Shown piece by piece: positions 30,038-39,741 of a stretch of DNA of 64,000 bases. Position 1 is the stretch's first letter. The number at the start of each line of letters is the position of its first letter. Under the pieces are notes generated by a model that had not been told where the DNA came from, searched no databases, and saw nothing but the letters and a program-made list of their open reading frames with translations. Both the position numbers and the translations under genes were made by a program. Source of the DNA: an uncultured Gemmatimonadales bacterium (GTDB taxonomy: Bacteria > Gemmatimonadota > Gemmatimonadetes > Gemmatimonadales > Gemmatimonadaceae); contig CAWBZV010000003.1 of the NCBI GenBank assembly GCA_963793305.1, forward strand, positions 1,510,634 to 1,574,633, given 5' to 3'.

Positions 30038-30891
30038 CCCGCCGGCTCCGGCAGCCGCAGGCTCCCAGCGTCCTCGCCATCGAACTTGGTATCGGCCCCC
30101 ACGCCCTGCCACGCCTCGAGATCCGCGAGCAGCGCCTGCGCATGCTGCCGCACGGCGCCGACCGCGTCCTCCCCGAGCTGCAGCCTGAGCGGCGTGCGCT
30201 CGGCGTTGAGCGCCTGGTCGATGGCCTCCGCGGCCTTGAGCGGATCGCCTGCTTGCGTGCCGTGCATTCCCGTGACGAACTCGCGCGTGCCGCCGACCGT
30301 TGCCCTATAGGCCTCGATCACGGGCATGTGCCGCGTCCCTGACCCCAGCAGGTTCGTGCGGAAGTTGCCGGGTTCGACGATGAGCACCTTGATACCGAAC
30401 GGCGCCACTTCCTGCGCGAGCGCCTCGGACATGCCTTCCATCGCGAACTTGGCGGCCGAGTAGGCGCCGAAGCCGGCAAACGAGAGCTGGCCGCCGATAC
30501 TCGAGATGTTGACGATGGCGCCACGACTCTGCGACCGAAGAACGGGGAGGGCCGCACGAATAACCGCCACCGCGCCGAAGAAGTTGGTCTCCATGAGAGA
30601 GCGCAGCTCGGACTCGGGCGTCTCCTCGACGGCGCCGACGATCCCGAACCCGGCATTATTGATGATGACGTTGATGCCGCCAAAGCGCTTGACGCCCGCA
30701 TCGATGGCTCGTTGCGCATCGCCTGGGGTGTCGACATTGAGCGAGACCGCCAACACATGGTCGGGATCTCGAACGGTGATCTTCGCCGGGTCTCGCGCGG
30801 TCGCGATGACGTTGTATCCTCGCGACACGGCATACGTCGCGAAGGCCTGGCCAAAGCCAGACGAGGCGCCGGTAATGAACCACGTAGTCAT
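30022..30891 (-). CDS. SDR family oxidoreductase
   Basis: WFITGASSGFG, NNAG, YSAAK, VEPGNFRT. Confidence 0.92.
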   Translation of the reverse strand: MTTWFITGASSGFGQAFATYAVSRGYNVIATARDPAKITVRDPDHVLAVSLNVDTPGDAQRAIDAGVKRFGGINVIINNAGFGIVGAVEETPESELRSLMETNFFGAVAVIRAALPVLRSQSRGAIVNISSIGGQLSFAGFGAYSAAKFAMEGMSEALAQEVAPFGIKVLIVEPGNFRTNLLGSGTRHMPVIEAYRATVGGTREFVTGMHGTQAGDPLKAAEAIDQALNAERTPLRLQLGEDAVGAVRQHAQALLADLEAWQGVGADTKFDGEDAGSLRLPEPAGQRGT

Positions 30892-31313
30892 GTACGAACA
30901 ATGTACCGCGCGAGGCCCTCGAGGCAACCGCGCCACCCCTGCTGGTGTTGATCGCGGAGCGTTTCGTTCGCGACGCGCTCATGCGTCACGATGACCTCGG
31001 TGTCCGTACCTCGCGGCTCGAACCGCACGGTCACCCGCTCGGGCTCGCCGTCCGAGCCCTCGAGGCGCCACGAATAGGTCAACAGATGCGGCCGTTCGAC
31101 GGCTTCAAACACCCCCACGATCCAGATCTCACTGCCGTCCGGCATTCGATTGCCGATCCGATAGGCGCCGCCCACGCGCACATCGACCCTCGGGCTGATG
31201 CAGGTCACGCCCTCAGGCCCCCACCATTCCACGAGTTGTTCGGGCGTCGTCCAGGCGTCGAACAGCCGCTCCGGTGTCGCGCGGATCGTGTGTCGCACGA
31301 CCAGCGTGATCAC
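30888..31313 (-). CDS. SRPBCC/AHSA1 domain protein
   Basis: ATPERLFDAWTTPEQLVEWWGP, DVRVGGAY, HQQGWRGCL. Confidence 0.88.
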   Translation of the reverse strand: MITLVVRHTIRATPERLFDAWTTPEQLVEWWGPEGVTCISPRVDVRVGGAYRIGNRMPDGSEIWIVGVFEAVERPHLLTYSWRLEGSDGEPERVTVRFEPRGTDTEVIVTHERVANETLRDQHQQGWRGCLEGLARYIVRT

Positions 31314-31639
31314 GGCCGCTCTACATAGCGCGCAAGCGCACGCAGCTGGCCTTCCCAGAAACGCCGGGACTGCTCGAGCCACGCCTCGGCAATCTCCAGG
31401 CCGCGCGGGTTGAGCGAGCAATGATGTTCGCGTCCATCAATGTGCCGGACAATCAGACCCGCATGCTCGAGGACCCGGAGGTGGCGCGATATTGCCGGCA
31501 GCGACATCGCGAACGGTTCGGCAAGCTCACCGACGGTCGCCGGCCGCTCGGCCAGTCGCGCGATCAGTTTCCGGCGGGTCCGATCGCCAAGTGCGCGGAA
31601 CAGTAGATCGAGCCGGTCTTGCGCAACATTTAACAACAT
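31310..31639 (-). CDS. ArsR/SmtB family transcriptional regulator
   Basis: LFRALGDRTRRKLI, SLPAISRHLRVLEHAGLI. Confidence 0.9.
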   Translation of the reverse strand: MLLNVAQDRLDLLFRALGDRTRRKLIARLAERPATVGELAEPFAMSLPAISRHLRVLEHAGLIVRHIDGREHHCSLNPRGLEIAEAWLEQSRRFWEGQLRALARYVERP

Positions 31640-31652
31640 TGTTAAATATTGC
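31623..31652. promoter_or_regulatory. palindromic operator, probably bound by the ArsR protein
   Basis: GCAAcATTTAACAA-CA-TTGTTAAATaTTGC overlapping the ArsR start codon, between divergent genes. Confidence 0.7.
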
Positions 31653-31673
31653 TCGACCCCAACCCCATTCGCA

Positions 31674-32156
31674 ATGACCACCCGCCGGTTGTTCTGCGCG
31701 CAGATCGCCGCCGCCCTCGCGGTGTTCCAAGATGATGGCATTTCGCACGTCGCCGAGTCGATCCACCAAGAGGTGATGTTCCGGTTTACGCCGGAGCAGA
31801 TCTACACGGCGCTGCTCGACGAGAAGCAGTTCTCGGCGATGAGCGGCGGACTCGCCGCGCGCATCGACGCGCGCGAAGGTGGCGCATTCTCGCTCTTCGA
31901 CAACCAGATCACGGGGCGCACCGTCCAACTCGTGCCGAACACGCGGATCGTCCAAGCGTGGCGATCCGGCTCATGGCAGGAAGGCACGTACTCAATAGCA
32001 CGATTCGAGCTCGCCGCGACAGCGCCGGGCACGAAGCTCGTGTTCGATCACACGGGGTTTCCAATTGGTCAAGCAAAGCATTTGGCTGCCGGGTGGACAG
32101 ACCACTACTGGCACAACCTCCAACGTTTGGATGCTCTCGGCTTAAAGATGAAGTGA
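31674..32156 (+). CDS. SRPBCC/AHSA1 domain protein
   Basis: IHQEV, EGGAFSLF, RIVQAWR, GWTDHYW. Confidence 0.85.
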   Translation: MTTRRLFCAQIAAALAVFQDDGISHVAESIHQEVMFRFTPEQIYTALLDEKQFSAMSGGLAARIDAREGGAFSLFDNQITGRTVQLVPNTRIVQAWRSGSWQEGTYSIARFELAATAPGTKLVFDHTGFPIGQAKHLAAGWTDHYWHNLQRLDALGLKMK

Positions 32157-32175
32157 CCCTTCCGAGAGATGAACA

Positions 32176-32697
32176 ATGCGAAGATTGCTGTGCGCGGCTG
32201 CGCTGGTAGCCGCGCTGCCATTGGGCGCGCAGATGCCGGGACCTGGAGTGGAATTTCTGCTCGCGCGCACCGGGACGTTGCAACTCACCGACCAACAGGT
32301 CGTGAAGCTCGCCGCGATTGCGCGGCGCGCGGCCGATCGACACAAGGCTATGCGCGCGAGCTTCGACTCGCTGCGCACCCAGTTTCGCCGTAGCGACTCA
32401 GGCGCCCGTCGCCGCGAAGGTCCGCCATCGCAGCTCCATGCGGCGATGGAGCGCGAGCATGATGCCATGCACGCGGATCTGCGCGACGCCATCGCCGTGC
32501 TCACGCCGGAGCAGCAGGCCCACGCGTGGGAGCTCGTCAGCCGGCGCCGCATCATGATCCATCACATGGGTCCTGGCCGCGGCGGGCCGATGATGAGACG
32601 CGATGGGCAGGATGGACGCGATGGCCATCGCCGTGGGGCTATGTCGATGAACGGGGACGACGACGATGATCAGGTAGCTGTGGGCGACGATCAGTAA
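32176..32697 (+). CDS. Spy/CpxP-like periplasmic protein
   Basis: Signal peptide; LQLTDQQ and VLTPEQQ (LTxxQ) motifs; Met/His/Gly-rich tail. Confidence 0.7.
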   Translation: MRRLLCAAALVAALPLGAQMPGPGVEFLLARTGTLQLTDQQVVKLAAIARRAADRHKAMRASFDSLRTQFRRSDSGARRREGPPSQLHAAMEREHDAMHADLRDAIAVLTPEQQAHAWELVSRRRIMIHHMGPGRGGPMMRRDGQDGRDGHRRGAMSMNGDDDDDQVAVGDDQ

Positions 32698-33198
32698 TCA
32701 CCGATCCGCTGGTCTCTCCGGATCCCAGCCGGGATCTGGAGAGGCCGGGGGCGGTTGATGTTGTCCCAGGTTGTTCGCATCGACCTTCGCGAACACAAAA
32801 TTCTCCGGAGCGACCGGCGCGCCAGCCAAACGCCGAAGCATCGCCAATTGCCCGACATGGGTCATGGCATCAGCCAACGGTCCCTGTAGGAGTTGTTCCG
32901 GTCGGATCGTAGGCGCATCGCCAGTCTCGATCAGCCGCCCAAGATCTTCCATAACGTCATGCAGTCGTGCGACCTCCTCGGCGAACGTCGGGAGCAACTG
33001 CGGCCGCCACACCCCGCCCACGAACAACGTCCGCGCGTATCCGAGCACGCCAGTGATGTGCCGCACCAACTCGTGCGGCGTCCGCACGTTCATTCCCGCC
33101 TGGAAATCCGCGTACGCATCCGGTGCGTCACGAAGGGCCTTTTGGGCCCGATAGGCGATCGCGCCCAAGAGGTGCTTGAGCATCGATCGCTGGGTCAT
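32698..33198 (-). CDS. DinB-like hypothetical protein
   Basis: RTPHELVRHI, QGPLADAMTHVGQLAMLRRLAG. Confidence 0.75.
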   Translation of the reverse strand: MTQRSMLKHLLGAIAYRAQKALRDAPDAYADFQAGMNVRTPHELVRHITGVLGYARTLFVGGVWRPQLLPTFAEEVARLHDVMEDLGRLIETGDAPTIRPEQLLQGPLADAMTHVGQLAMLRRLAGAPVAPENFVFAKVDANNLGQHQPPPASPDPGWDPERPADR

Positions 33199-33222
33199 GT
33201 CCCATATCATATCATACGGGAT

Positions 33223-33861
33223 ATGGCACTCGACCCACCGGTCCTGCAAGGCAGGCACGTTCGCCTCGAGCCACTCGAGCGGCGCCACATCGAGGGCCTG
33301 GCCGCCGCGTCTGCCGGAGATCCGCCACTCTACCAATGGAGCCCCGTCCCGCAAGGCGCGCACGCAACGACGGGGTACGTCGAGGCCGCGCTCGCCGGGC
33401 GGGCGCAAGGGAAGGTGATCCCATTCGCGATCGTTCGCGCCGCTGATGGCGTGATCATCGGCTCGTCGCGCTTCTTTGATATCGAGCAGTGGGCCTGGCC
33501 GTCCGGCCATCCCCGGCACGGCCGCATGACGCCCAACGTCTGTGAGATCGGCTATACCTGGCTCGACCGCTCCGCCGTCCGCACCGGCGCGAACACCGAG
33601 GCGAAGCTCATGATGCTCACCCACGCGTTCGAGGCCTGGGACGTCGTCCGGGTGTGCTTCCACACGGATGTCCGCAACGAACGCTCGCGCGCCGCGCTCC
33701 AACGCATTGGCGGGCAATTCGAGGGGATCTTGCGCGGACATCGGATGGCCGCCGACTTTATCCCTCGCGACTCGGTCCGCTTCTCGATCGTTGCGTCCGA
33801 GTGGCCAACAGCGAAACAGCGACTGGAACAACTCCTGGAGCGACAGCGGAATCCCGGATGA
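33223..33861 (+). CDS. GNAT N-acetyltransferase (RimJ/RimL type)
   Basis: LQGRHVRLEPL, EIGYTWL, NTEAKLMMLTHAFE, RNERSRAA. Confidence 0.9.
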   Translation: MALDPPVLQGRHVRLEPLERRHIEGLAAASAGDPPLYQWSPVPQGAHATTGYVEAALAGRAQGKVIPFAIVRAADGVIIGSSRFFDIEQWAWPSGHPRHGRMTPNVCEIGYTWLDRSAVRTGANTEAKLMMLTHAFEAWDVVRVCFHTDVRNERSRAALQRIGGQFEGILRGHRMAADFIPRDSVRFSIVASEWPTAKQRLEQLLERQRNPG

Positions 33862-34376
33862 AACGCCTCAGCGCGGTCCTCGGCTCGGCGCTCTTCCTGG
33901 TCATAGCGCCGGGCTTTGTTGCGCTCTACATGCCGTGGCTGATGAGCCGCTGGCATGTGGCCCCGGCGTTGCTCGGCTGGGCGCCATTCCGCTGGATCGG
34001 CATCGCGCTGATCGTCGCCGGACTCCCCATCTTGATCGACTCCTTCGCCCGCTTCGCGCTGCAAGGCCTCGGCACCCCGGCGCCGATCGCGCCGCCAACG
34101 CACCTCGTCGTGACCGGCTGGTATCGCTACGTCCGCAATCCCATGTATGTCGCGGTCTTCGCGTTGATCATCGGCCAAGGACTACTCTTCGGCCGCACGA
34201 ACGTGCTCGAATGGGGGCTGGTGTTCTTTCTGCTGACACACCTGTTCGTGGTGTTCTATGAAGAGCCGAATCTGCGCCGGACCTTCGGGAGCGAGTATGA
34301 CGCGTATCGCGCTGCTGTGCATCGTTGGATTCCCCGTCTGCGCCCTTACTCAGCCGGTGCGCCCGAGAGCCCGTGA
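33858..34376 (+). CDS. isoprenylcysteine carboxyl methyltransferase family protein
   Basis: GLGTPAPIAPP, GWYRYVRNPMY, YEEPNL...FG.EY..Y...V.RW. Confidence 0.88.
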   Translation: MKRLSAVLGSALFLVIAPGFVALYMPWLMSRWHVAPALLGWAPFRWIGIALIVAGLPILIDSFARFALQGLGTPAPIAPPTHLVVTGWYRYVRNPMYVAVFALIIGQGLLFGRTNVLEWGLVFFLLTHLFVVFYEEPNLRRTFGSEYDAYRAAVHRWIPRLRPYSAGAPESP

Positions 34377-35409
34377 TGCGGGCGTCGTCATTGGGGTCTT
34401 CCAGCCCGGAGCGCTCAACGCGATCACGGACGTCACCGGCGTCCGCGTCGGCCATACGACGGTTGTTCAAGGCGATAGCATCCACACGGGTGTAACCGCC
34501 ATTCTCCCGCACGGCGGAAATCTGTTCCGCGATCGCGTTCCCGCCGCGCTGTTCGTCTACAATGGGTTCGGTAAGCTCGTCGGAGCCACGCAACTTGAGG
34601 AACATGGCGAGCTCGAAACGCCAATTCTCCTCACCTGTACGCTTTGCGTGTGGAAAGCGGCCGATGCCATGGTCGCGTATCTGCTGGCCCAGCCGGATAT
34701 GAGCAATGTCTATTCGATCAACCCGGTTGTTGGCGAAACGAACGATGGCGGTTTGAGCGACATCCGCTCGCGGCCAATCACCGAAGCCGACGTCCGGGCC
34801 GCTCTCCAAAACGCGACGGACGGCCCGGTGGCCGAAGGTTCAGTTGGCGCCGGCGCCGGCACGCGGGCCCTCGGCTGGAAGGGCGGCATCGGCACGAGCT
34901 CCCGCAAACTCCCAGCGAAGTACGGCTCGTACACCGTAGGTGTCCTGGTCCAATCGAACTACGGCGGCATCCTCACGATCAACGGCGCCCCGGTCGGCAA
35001 GGAGCTGGGTCGTTACGACTTCCAGGATTCACACGGATCGTGCATGATGATCGTCGCCACCGACGCGCCGCTGACATCCCGCGACCTCGAGCGCGTTGCC
35101 AAGCGCGCCATCCTAGGCCTGGCCCGCACCGGCTCGGACGGCAGCCCGGGCTCCGGCGATTATGTCATCGCGTTCTCGACCGCCGAATCGGTCCGCCGGC
35201 ACCCGGGCACGCCGGGATCGACGTATGTCTCGGAACAACTCCGCCACGACGACCTGGGGCCGTTGTTCGAGGCAACGGCCGAGGCCACCGAAGAGGCGCT
35301 CGTGAACTCGTTGTTCCGTGCCACCGACGTGACCTACCGCGGACACAAGATGGAGGCGCTCCCCATCGATCGGACACTCGCCATTCTCACGAAATACCAC
35401 GCGCGGTAA
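34297..35409 (+). CDS. dmpA: P1/S58 family peptidase (DmpA-like)
   Basis: NAITDVTGVRVGH, NGFGKLVG, PVVGETNDG, KGGIGTSSR, GSCMMIVATDAP, GSGD. Confidence 0.88.
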   Translation: MTRIALLCIVGFPVCALTQPVRPRARDAGVVIGVFQPGALNAITDVTGVRVGHTTVVQGDSIHTGVTAILPHGGNLFRDRVPAALFVYNGFGKLVGATQLEEHGELETPILLTCTLCVWKAADAMVAYLLAQPDMSNVYSINPVVGETNDGGLSDIRSRPITEADVRAALQNATDGPVAEGSVGAGAGTRALGWKGGIGTSSRKLPAKYGSYTVGVLVQSNYGGILTINGAPVGKELGRYDFQDSHGSCMMIVATDAPLTSRDLERVAKRAILGLARTGSDGSPGSGDYVIAFSTAESVRRHPGTPGSTYVSEQLRHDDLGPLFEATAEATEEALVNSLFRATDVTYRGHKMEALPIDRTLAILTKYHAR

Positions 35410-35470
35410 CCGTGTTGGCTCGCCCGTTGCATAGCCACCCATGAGCTCACTCACTCGGAGCGGAAAATCC

Positions 35471-35983
35471 ATGCACCTCATGCACTACGTGGCACTCGTT
35501 GGTGTGGTCGCCGTCGCCGGCACTGTCGCCGCACAGGAGCATGGCGGCGGCCATGGTCATGCGCCCGCGCACGGGCCGCCCGCGTACCACGGGCAGGGTC
35601 ACTCGTACGCGAGCCCACACGATTACGTCGACCACGAAGGACATCCCGCAGCTCCGCACGTCCACGACGATGGCCATTGGGTCGGCCACGATACGGGACC
35701 CAATGATGCGCACTACCACATCGATCATCCGTGGGCGCACGGTCACTTCACGGGTGGATTCGGCCCGGGGCACGTGTGGCGCTTGGGCGGCGGTGGCCCT
35801 GGTCGGTTCGGGTTCGGTGGATTCTACTGGAGCGTGGCGCCGTACGACGTCCAGTATGCCGGCGACTGGCTGTGGGATTCAGACGACGTCGTGATCTACG
35901 ATGACCCCGACCACATCGGCTGGTACCTGGCGTACAACCAGCGCCTCGGGACGTACGTGCACGTGGAATATTTGGGACCGTAA
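35471..35983 (+). CDS. secreted His/Gly-rich hypothetical protein
   Basis: Signal peptide; His-dense N-half; C-terminus [27 protein letters not shown]. Confidence 0.7.
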   Translation: MHLMHYVALVGVVAVAGTVAAQEHGGGHGHAPAHGPPAYHGQGHSYASPHDYVDHEGHPAAPHVHDDGHWVGHDTGPNDAHYHIDHPWAHGHFTGGFGPGHVWRLGGGGPGRFGFGGFYWSVAPYDVQYAGDWLWDSDDVVIYDDPDHIGWYLAYNQRLGTYVHVEYLGP

Positions 35984-35989
35984 GGTCCG

Positions 35990-36730
35990 TTACTGATACG
36001 CGTGCCAGGCCCAACCCGCGTAGTGCGGGTTGGCCTGGTCCGTCTCATCGAGCGTGTGGAGCATCTGCGGCAGCGAGTCGCCATAGTCCTGCGTGCGCAG
36101 CCCGACCGCCATGGTCGCCAGATTGGATCCGCTGATGCCATCGTACGCCATCGCCAGCATCCGCTGGCTCGTCTCACGAAGCGTCGCCGCATCCGGGCGC
36201 GGCAGCTCATAAAGCATGAGCGTGTACCGCGGGAGCGCCGCGAGCAGTGTCTGCCGCTGGTCGGCGTTGCCCTTGAGCAGTTTCGTCTGAATATCCGCGT
36301 CGACGCCGAGGCTCGCGGCGTCGCTCGCGTGACGCACGGCGCGATAGGTCTCGACGAGACCGGGGAGATACGCCAGGTTGCCCGGCCCTTTGTTCTCCGG
36401 CCGCTGCTGCGGCTCGATGTCGAGATGGATGCCATCGAACCGCGCGTCCTGATGTCGCGCGTTGTACTGAATGACCGCCCGGACCTGGTTGAGCACCTTC
36501 TCCGGACTCGACAACAGCGCTTCGACGCGAATCCGCGCGCCGTGCAGCATCACCACGAGTGGTGCGAGGTCGACATCGGGAGAGAACGAGACGTAGACCT
36601 CCGTAATCCCCTGCTGCTGACAGAAATCACGCAGATGCTCGGCGCCGTGCGGCGCGCCGAGTACCTGCGGTGTGTGCCAAACCCAAAGCCCGTGAGCCAG
36701 CGCCAGCACGAAGTGCAGCATTGGGATCAT
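35990..36730 (-). CDS. hypothetical protein, possible glycoside-hydrolase-like TIM barrel
   Basis: LWVW, FDGIHLDIEP, LMLY, GWAWHAY motifs. Confidence 0.6.
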   Translation of the reverse strand: MIPMLHFVLALAHGLWVWHTPQVLGAPHGAEHLRDFCQQQGITEVYVSFSPDVDLAPLVVMLHGARIRVEALLSSPEKVLNQVRAVIQYNARHQDARFDGIHLDIEPQQRPENKGPGNLAYLPGLVETYRAVRHASDAASLGVDADIQTKLLKGNADQRQTLLAALPRYTLMLYELPRPDAATLRETSQRMLAMAYDGISGSNLATMAVGLRTQDYGDSLPQMLHTLDETDQANPHYAGWAWHAYQ

Positions 36731-37581
36731 AATGAACCGGCGATCGTAGTGGCGCGACTCGATAGCTCGGGGGCCCCAAGCGCAGTGCAGCGCTTGGCGA
36801 AGTCCGCGCGCGGCCCGATCCACCGCAATTCATCGATCGATTGGAAGACGGGCGCATCGAGTCGCAATGTCGCGAGCACGCGAAAGAGCAGCGCGTCGTC
36901 CCAAGCTGCGATCAGGGCTTCCGATAGCGCCCGCGCTTTCTTGATCGCCGGGTCCCACTTCGTCCAGTCTTTCGGTACGTCCTCGAGATGCGGATATCGC
37001 GAGAGCACGCTCGCGGCTCCCTTGGCGCCCCATCCCGTGATGCCCGGATACCCATCGGCGCTGTCGCCGACGACCGCGAGGTAGTCGGGTATCGATCGCG
37101 GCGACACGCCGAACTTGGCGACGACGCCATCCTCGTCGCGCACGATATCCTGGCGCCGGTCGACTTGCACCACGCGAGTCCCGACGACGCACTGGCCGAG
37201 ATCTTTGTCCGGTGTGCAGATGCGCACCTGCGTCACCCGTGGGTCGAGCGCGGCCTTGGCCGCCGCTGCGGCCAGCGCGTCGTCGGCCTCGAAGTACGTC
37301 ATGGGCCACACGACGACGCCCATGGCCGCCAACGCATCCTCCAGCACCGGAAACTGCGCGAGCAGGTCGGGCTCTACGCCCTCGCTCGTCTTGTACCCGG
37401 GATAGAGATCATTGCGAAACGACTCCACGACGTGATCGGTCGCCACCCCGATGTGCGTCGCGCCGCGTTCGATCATGGACAGCACCGACCCCAACACGCC
37501 CCGGACGCCGCCGAGCGCTCCCGGCACCGCGAAGTAGTGCCGGAAGAGCTCATACGTCCCGTCGATCAGGTGCACATCCAT
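36727..37581 (-). CDS. 5'-3' exonuclease / flap endonuclease (stand-alone PolA N-terminal-like)
   Basis: HLIDGTYELFR, FRNDLYPGYK, FEADD, DKDL, VGDSADGYPGITGWGAK. Confidence 0.92.
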   Translation of the reverse strand: MDVHLIDGTYELFRHYFAVPGALGGVRGVLGSVLSMIERGATHIGVATDHVVESFRNDLYPGYKTSEGVEPDLLAQFPVLEDALAAMGVVVWPMTYFEADDALAAAAAKAALDPRVTQVRICTPDKDLGQCVVGTRVVQVDRRQDIVRDEDGVVAKFGVSPRSIPDYLAVVGDSADGYPGITGWGAKGAASVLSRYPHLEDVPKDWTKWDPAIKKARALSEALIAAWDDALLFRVLATLRLDAPVFQSIDELRWIGPRADFAKRCTALGAPELSSRATTIAGSL

Positions 37582-37586
37582 GATGG

Positions 37587-38849
37587 TTATCGCCGGTCGA
37601 TGACGCGCTTGGCCTTGCCGGCCGACCGCTCGATCGTGCCCGGTGCCTGAATCACGACGCGACAGGTGACGCCGATGGTGTTCTTGATCGAGTCGGCGAG
37701 CCGCTGGCTCTCATCGCGTAATCCGGCGCCATCCCAGTGATCGGGTCGCGCCTCGGTGATCACCGTCATGTCGTCGAGTCGCTCGCGGCGCGTGACTTCG
37801 ATCACGAAGTGGCCGGCGCACCAACGCCGCGACAGCAGCGCGGCCTCGATCTGCGTTGGGAATACGTTGATCCCGCGCACGATAATCATGTCGTCCGAAC
37901 GCCCCGTGACCTTCTCCATTCGTCGCATGCTCGGACAAGCGGTCCCGGGCAACAGTCTCGTGAGATCCCTGGTGCGATACCGAATCACGGGCATGGCTTC
38001 TTTTGTAAGAGACGTGAATACAAGCTCCCCTAACTCGCCGTCTGCCAGTCGCTCGCCAGTCACGGGGTCCACGATCTCGGGAAAAAAGTGATCTTCCCAG
38101 ATGTGCAGCCCATCTTTGGTCTCGACATACTCCTGCGCGACGCCGGGCCCCATGACCTCCGACAACCCATAGATATCGACAGCGTCCATATCGAATGCCC
38201 GCTCGATCTCCTGCCGCATGACGTTAGTCCATGGCTCAGCGCCAAAGATCCCGATCTTGAGTGAGCTCTTCGCCGGATCGACGCCGAGGCGCACGAACTC
38301 GTCGAGAATCGTGAGCATGTAGCTCGGCGTCACCATGATGATATCGGGCTTGAAATCGGAAATGAGTTGCACCTGTCGCTCGGTCATTCCCCCCGACACC
38401 GGAACGACCGTACATCCCAGCCGCTCGGCCCCATAATGTGCACCGAGCCCGCCCGTAAAGAGCCCATAGCCATACGCGACATGCACGATCATCCCCGGTC
38501 GGCCACCAGCGGCTCGAATTGACCGCGCCATGAGCTCGGCCCACGTATCGATGTCGCGCCGCGTGTATCCGACGACGGTCGGCTTTCCCGTCGTGCCGGA
38601 CGACGCGTGAATGCGCACGATCTGATCCCGTGGTACGGCGAACATGCCAAAGGGATAGTTGGCACGCAGATCGTCTTTTGTCGTGAACGGAAAATTACAT
38701 AGGTCGCTGACGTGTTGAAAATCGGCAGGATGCACCCTGGCGGCATCGAACGTACGCCGGTAGTGAGGCACGTGCGCATAGGCATGGTGGAGTGTCGCCG
38801 ACAATCGCTCGCGCTGGAGTGTCGCGAGCGAAGCGAGCGCACCATTCAT
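37587..38849 (-). CDS. paaK: phenylacetate-CoA ligase
   Basis: FPFTTKDDLRANYPFGMFAVP, HASSGTTGKPTVVGYT, YGYGLFTGGLGAHYG, DIYGLSEVMGPGVA. Confidence 0.95.
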   Translation of the reverse strand: MNGALASLATLQRERLSATLHHAYAHVPHYRRTFDAARVHPADFQHVSDLCNFPFTTKDDLRANYPFGMFAVPRDQIVRIHASSGTTGKPTVVGYTRRDIDTWAELMARSIRAAGGRPGMIVHVAYGYGLFTGGLGAHYGAERLGCTVVPVSGGMTERQVQLISDFKPDIIMVTPSYMLTILDEFVRLGVDPAKSSLKIGIFGAEPWTNVMRQEIERAFDMDAVDIYGLSEVMGPGVAQEYVETKDGLHIWEDHFFPEIVDPVTGERLADGELGELVFTSLTKEAMPVIRYRTRDLTRLLPGTACPSMRRMEKVTGRSDDMIIVRGINVFPTQIEAALLSRRWCAGHFVIEVTRRERLDDMTVITEARPDHWDGAGLRDESQRLADSIKNTIGVTCRVVIQAPGTIERSAGKAKRVIDRR

Positions 38850-39262
38850 ACGATCGACCCGCCGACGGTCCGCGAGAATCCGCGGAACTCGGCGACGACG
38901 GTCCCATTCACCGACACGCTGACATTGTAGATGCCGGAGCGCCCGGACCGCGAGACTTCTCTGGCGGTGGCCACGAGCCGGTCGCCCTTCGCCACGGGCT
39001 TGATGAAGCTGATCGTGCAATGCTGCGCGACCGTGCGCTCGCCGTACGAGTTACACGCGAACGCGAACGCCGAATCGGCCAGCGTGAAAATAAAGCCGCC
39101 GTGGGCGATCTCGTGGCCATTGAGCATGGCCTCGCCCACGGTCATGGTCAGCGTCGCCCGCCCCGGCGCGACGTTGACGATCTCCATACCGAGCCCACGC
39201 GATGCGGTATCGGCCGACCACATTGCGTCGGCCGACGCGCGCGCCAGCTCGTCTGGCGTCAC
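38846..39262 (-). CDS. paaI: hydroxyphenylacetyl-CoA thioesterase PaaI
   Basis: MLNGHEIAHGGFIFTLADSAFAFACNS; adjacent to paaK. Confidence 0.92.
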   Translation of the reverse strand: MTPDELARASADAMWSADTASRGLGMEIVNVAPGRATLTMTVGEAMLNGHEIAHGGFIFTLADSAFAFACNSYGERTVAQHCTISFIKPVAKGDRLVATAREVSRSGRSGIYNVSVSVNGTVVAEFRGFSRTVGGSIV

Positions 39263-39732
39263 TATTTCGGGCCTTTCTCCTTCCGAACGCGATCGTCAGG
39301 AGTCACACCGAGCGCGGTCGCGAGATCGATCTGGTGATCTTGCTCCTCCTTCACGATGCCACGGAGCACCTCGGCCAACGCGATCTCTCCCAGGGCATCA
39401 GCCTGGCGGATGCGCTCGCGATAGTTCTTGATCGTGTTGTCCTCGGCGCGCAGATCCGCCCACAGCATTTTCTCGTTGTCTTCCGACACCTCGACCGTCT
39501 TCGGCGTGTGCACCGGATAGGCGCCGAGATAGTCGAGCTGCCGCGCGATGGCGAGCGCGTGGTTGAGCTCTTGATGCGCGTGTTCGACGAGCTGGTCGGC
39601 AATGTTCATGTACTGCGCCTTGTCCAGCTTCTGACTGAAGATGACGTATTGGATGATCGCCTGGTACTCGCGGGCGATATCGTCCTGCAATCCTTGCACG
39701 AGTGCGGCACGTGCGGCGTCTTGATCTGACAT
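39262..39732 (-). CDS. ferritin-like / bacterioferritin family protein
   Basis: EYQAIIQY, ELNHA, AEDNTIKNY, EEQDH di-iron pattern. Confidence 0.85.
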   Translation of the reverse strand: MSDQDAARAALVQGLQDDIAREYQAIIQYVIFSQKLDKAQYMNIADQLVEHAHQELNHALAIARQLDYLGAYPVHTPKTVEVSEDNEKMLWADLRAEDNTIKNYRERIRQADALGEIALAEVLRGIVKEEQDHQIDLATALGVTPDDRVRKEKGPK

Positions 39733-39741
39733 GCCGGGTAT

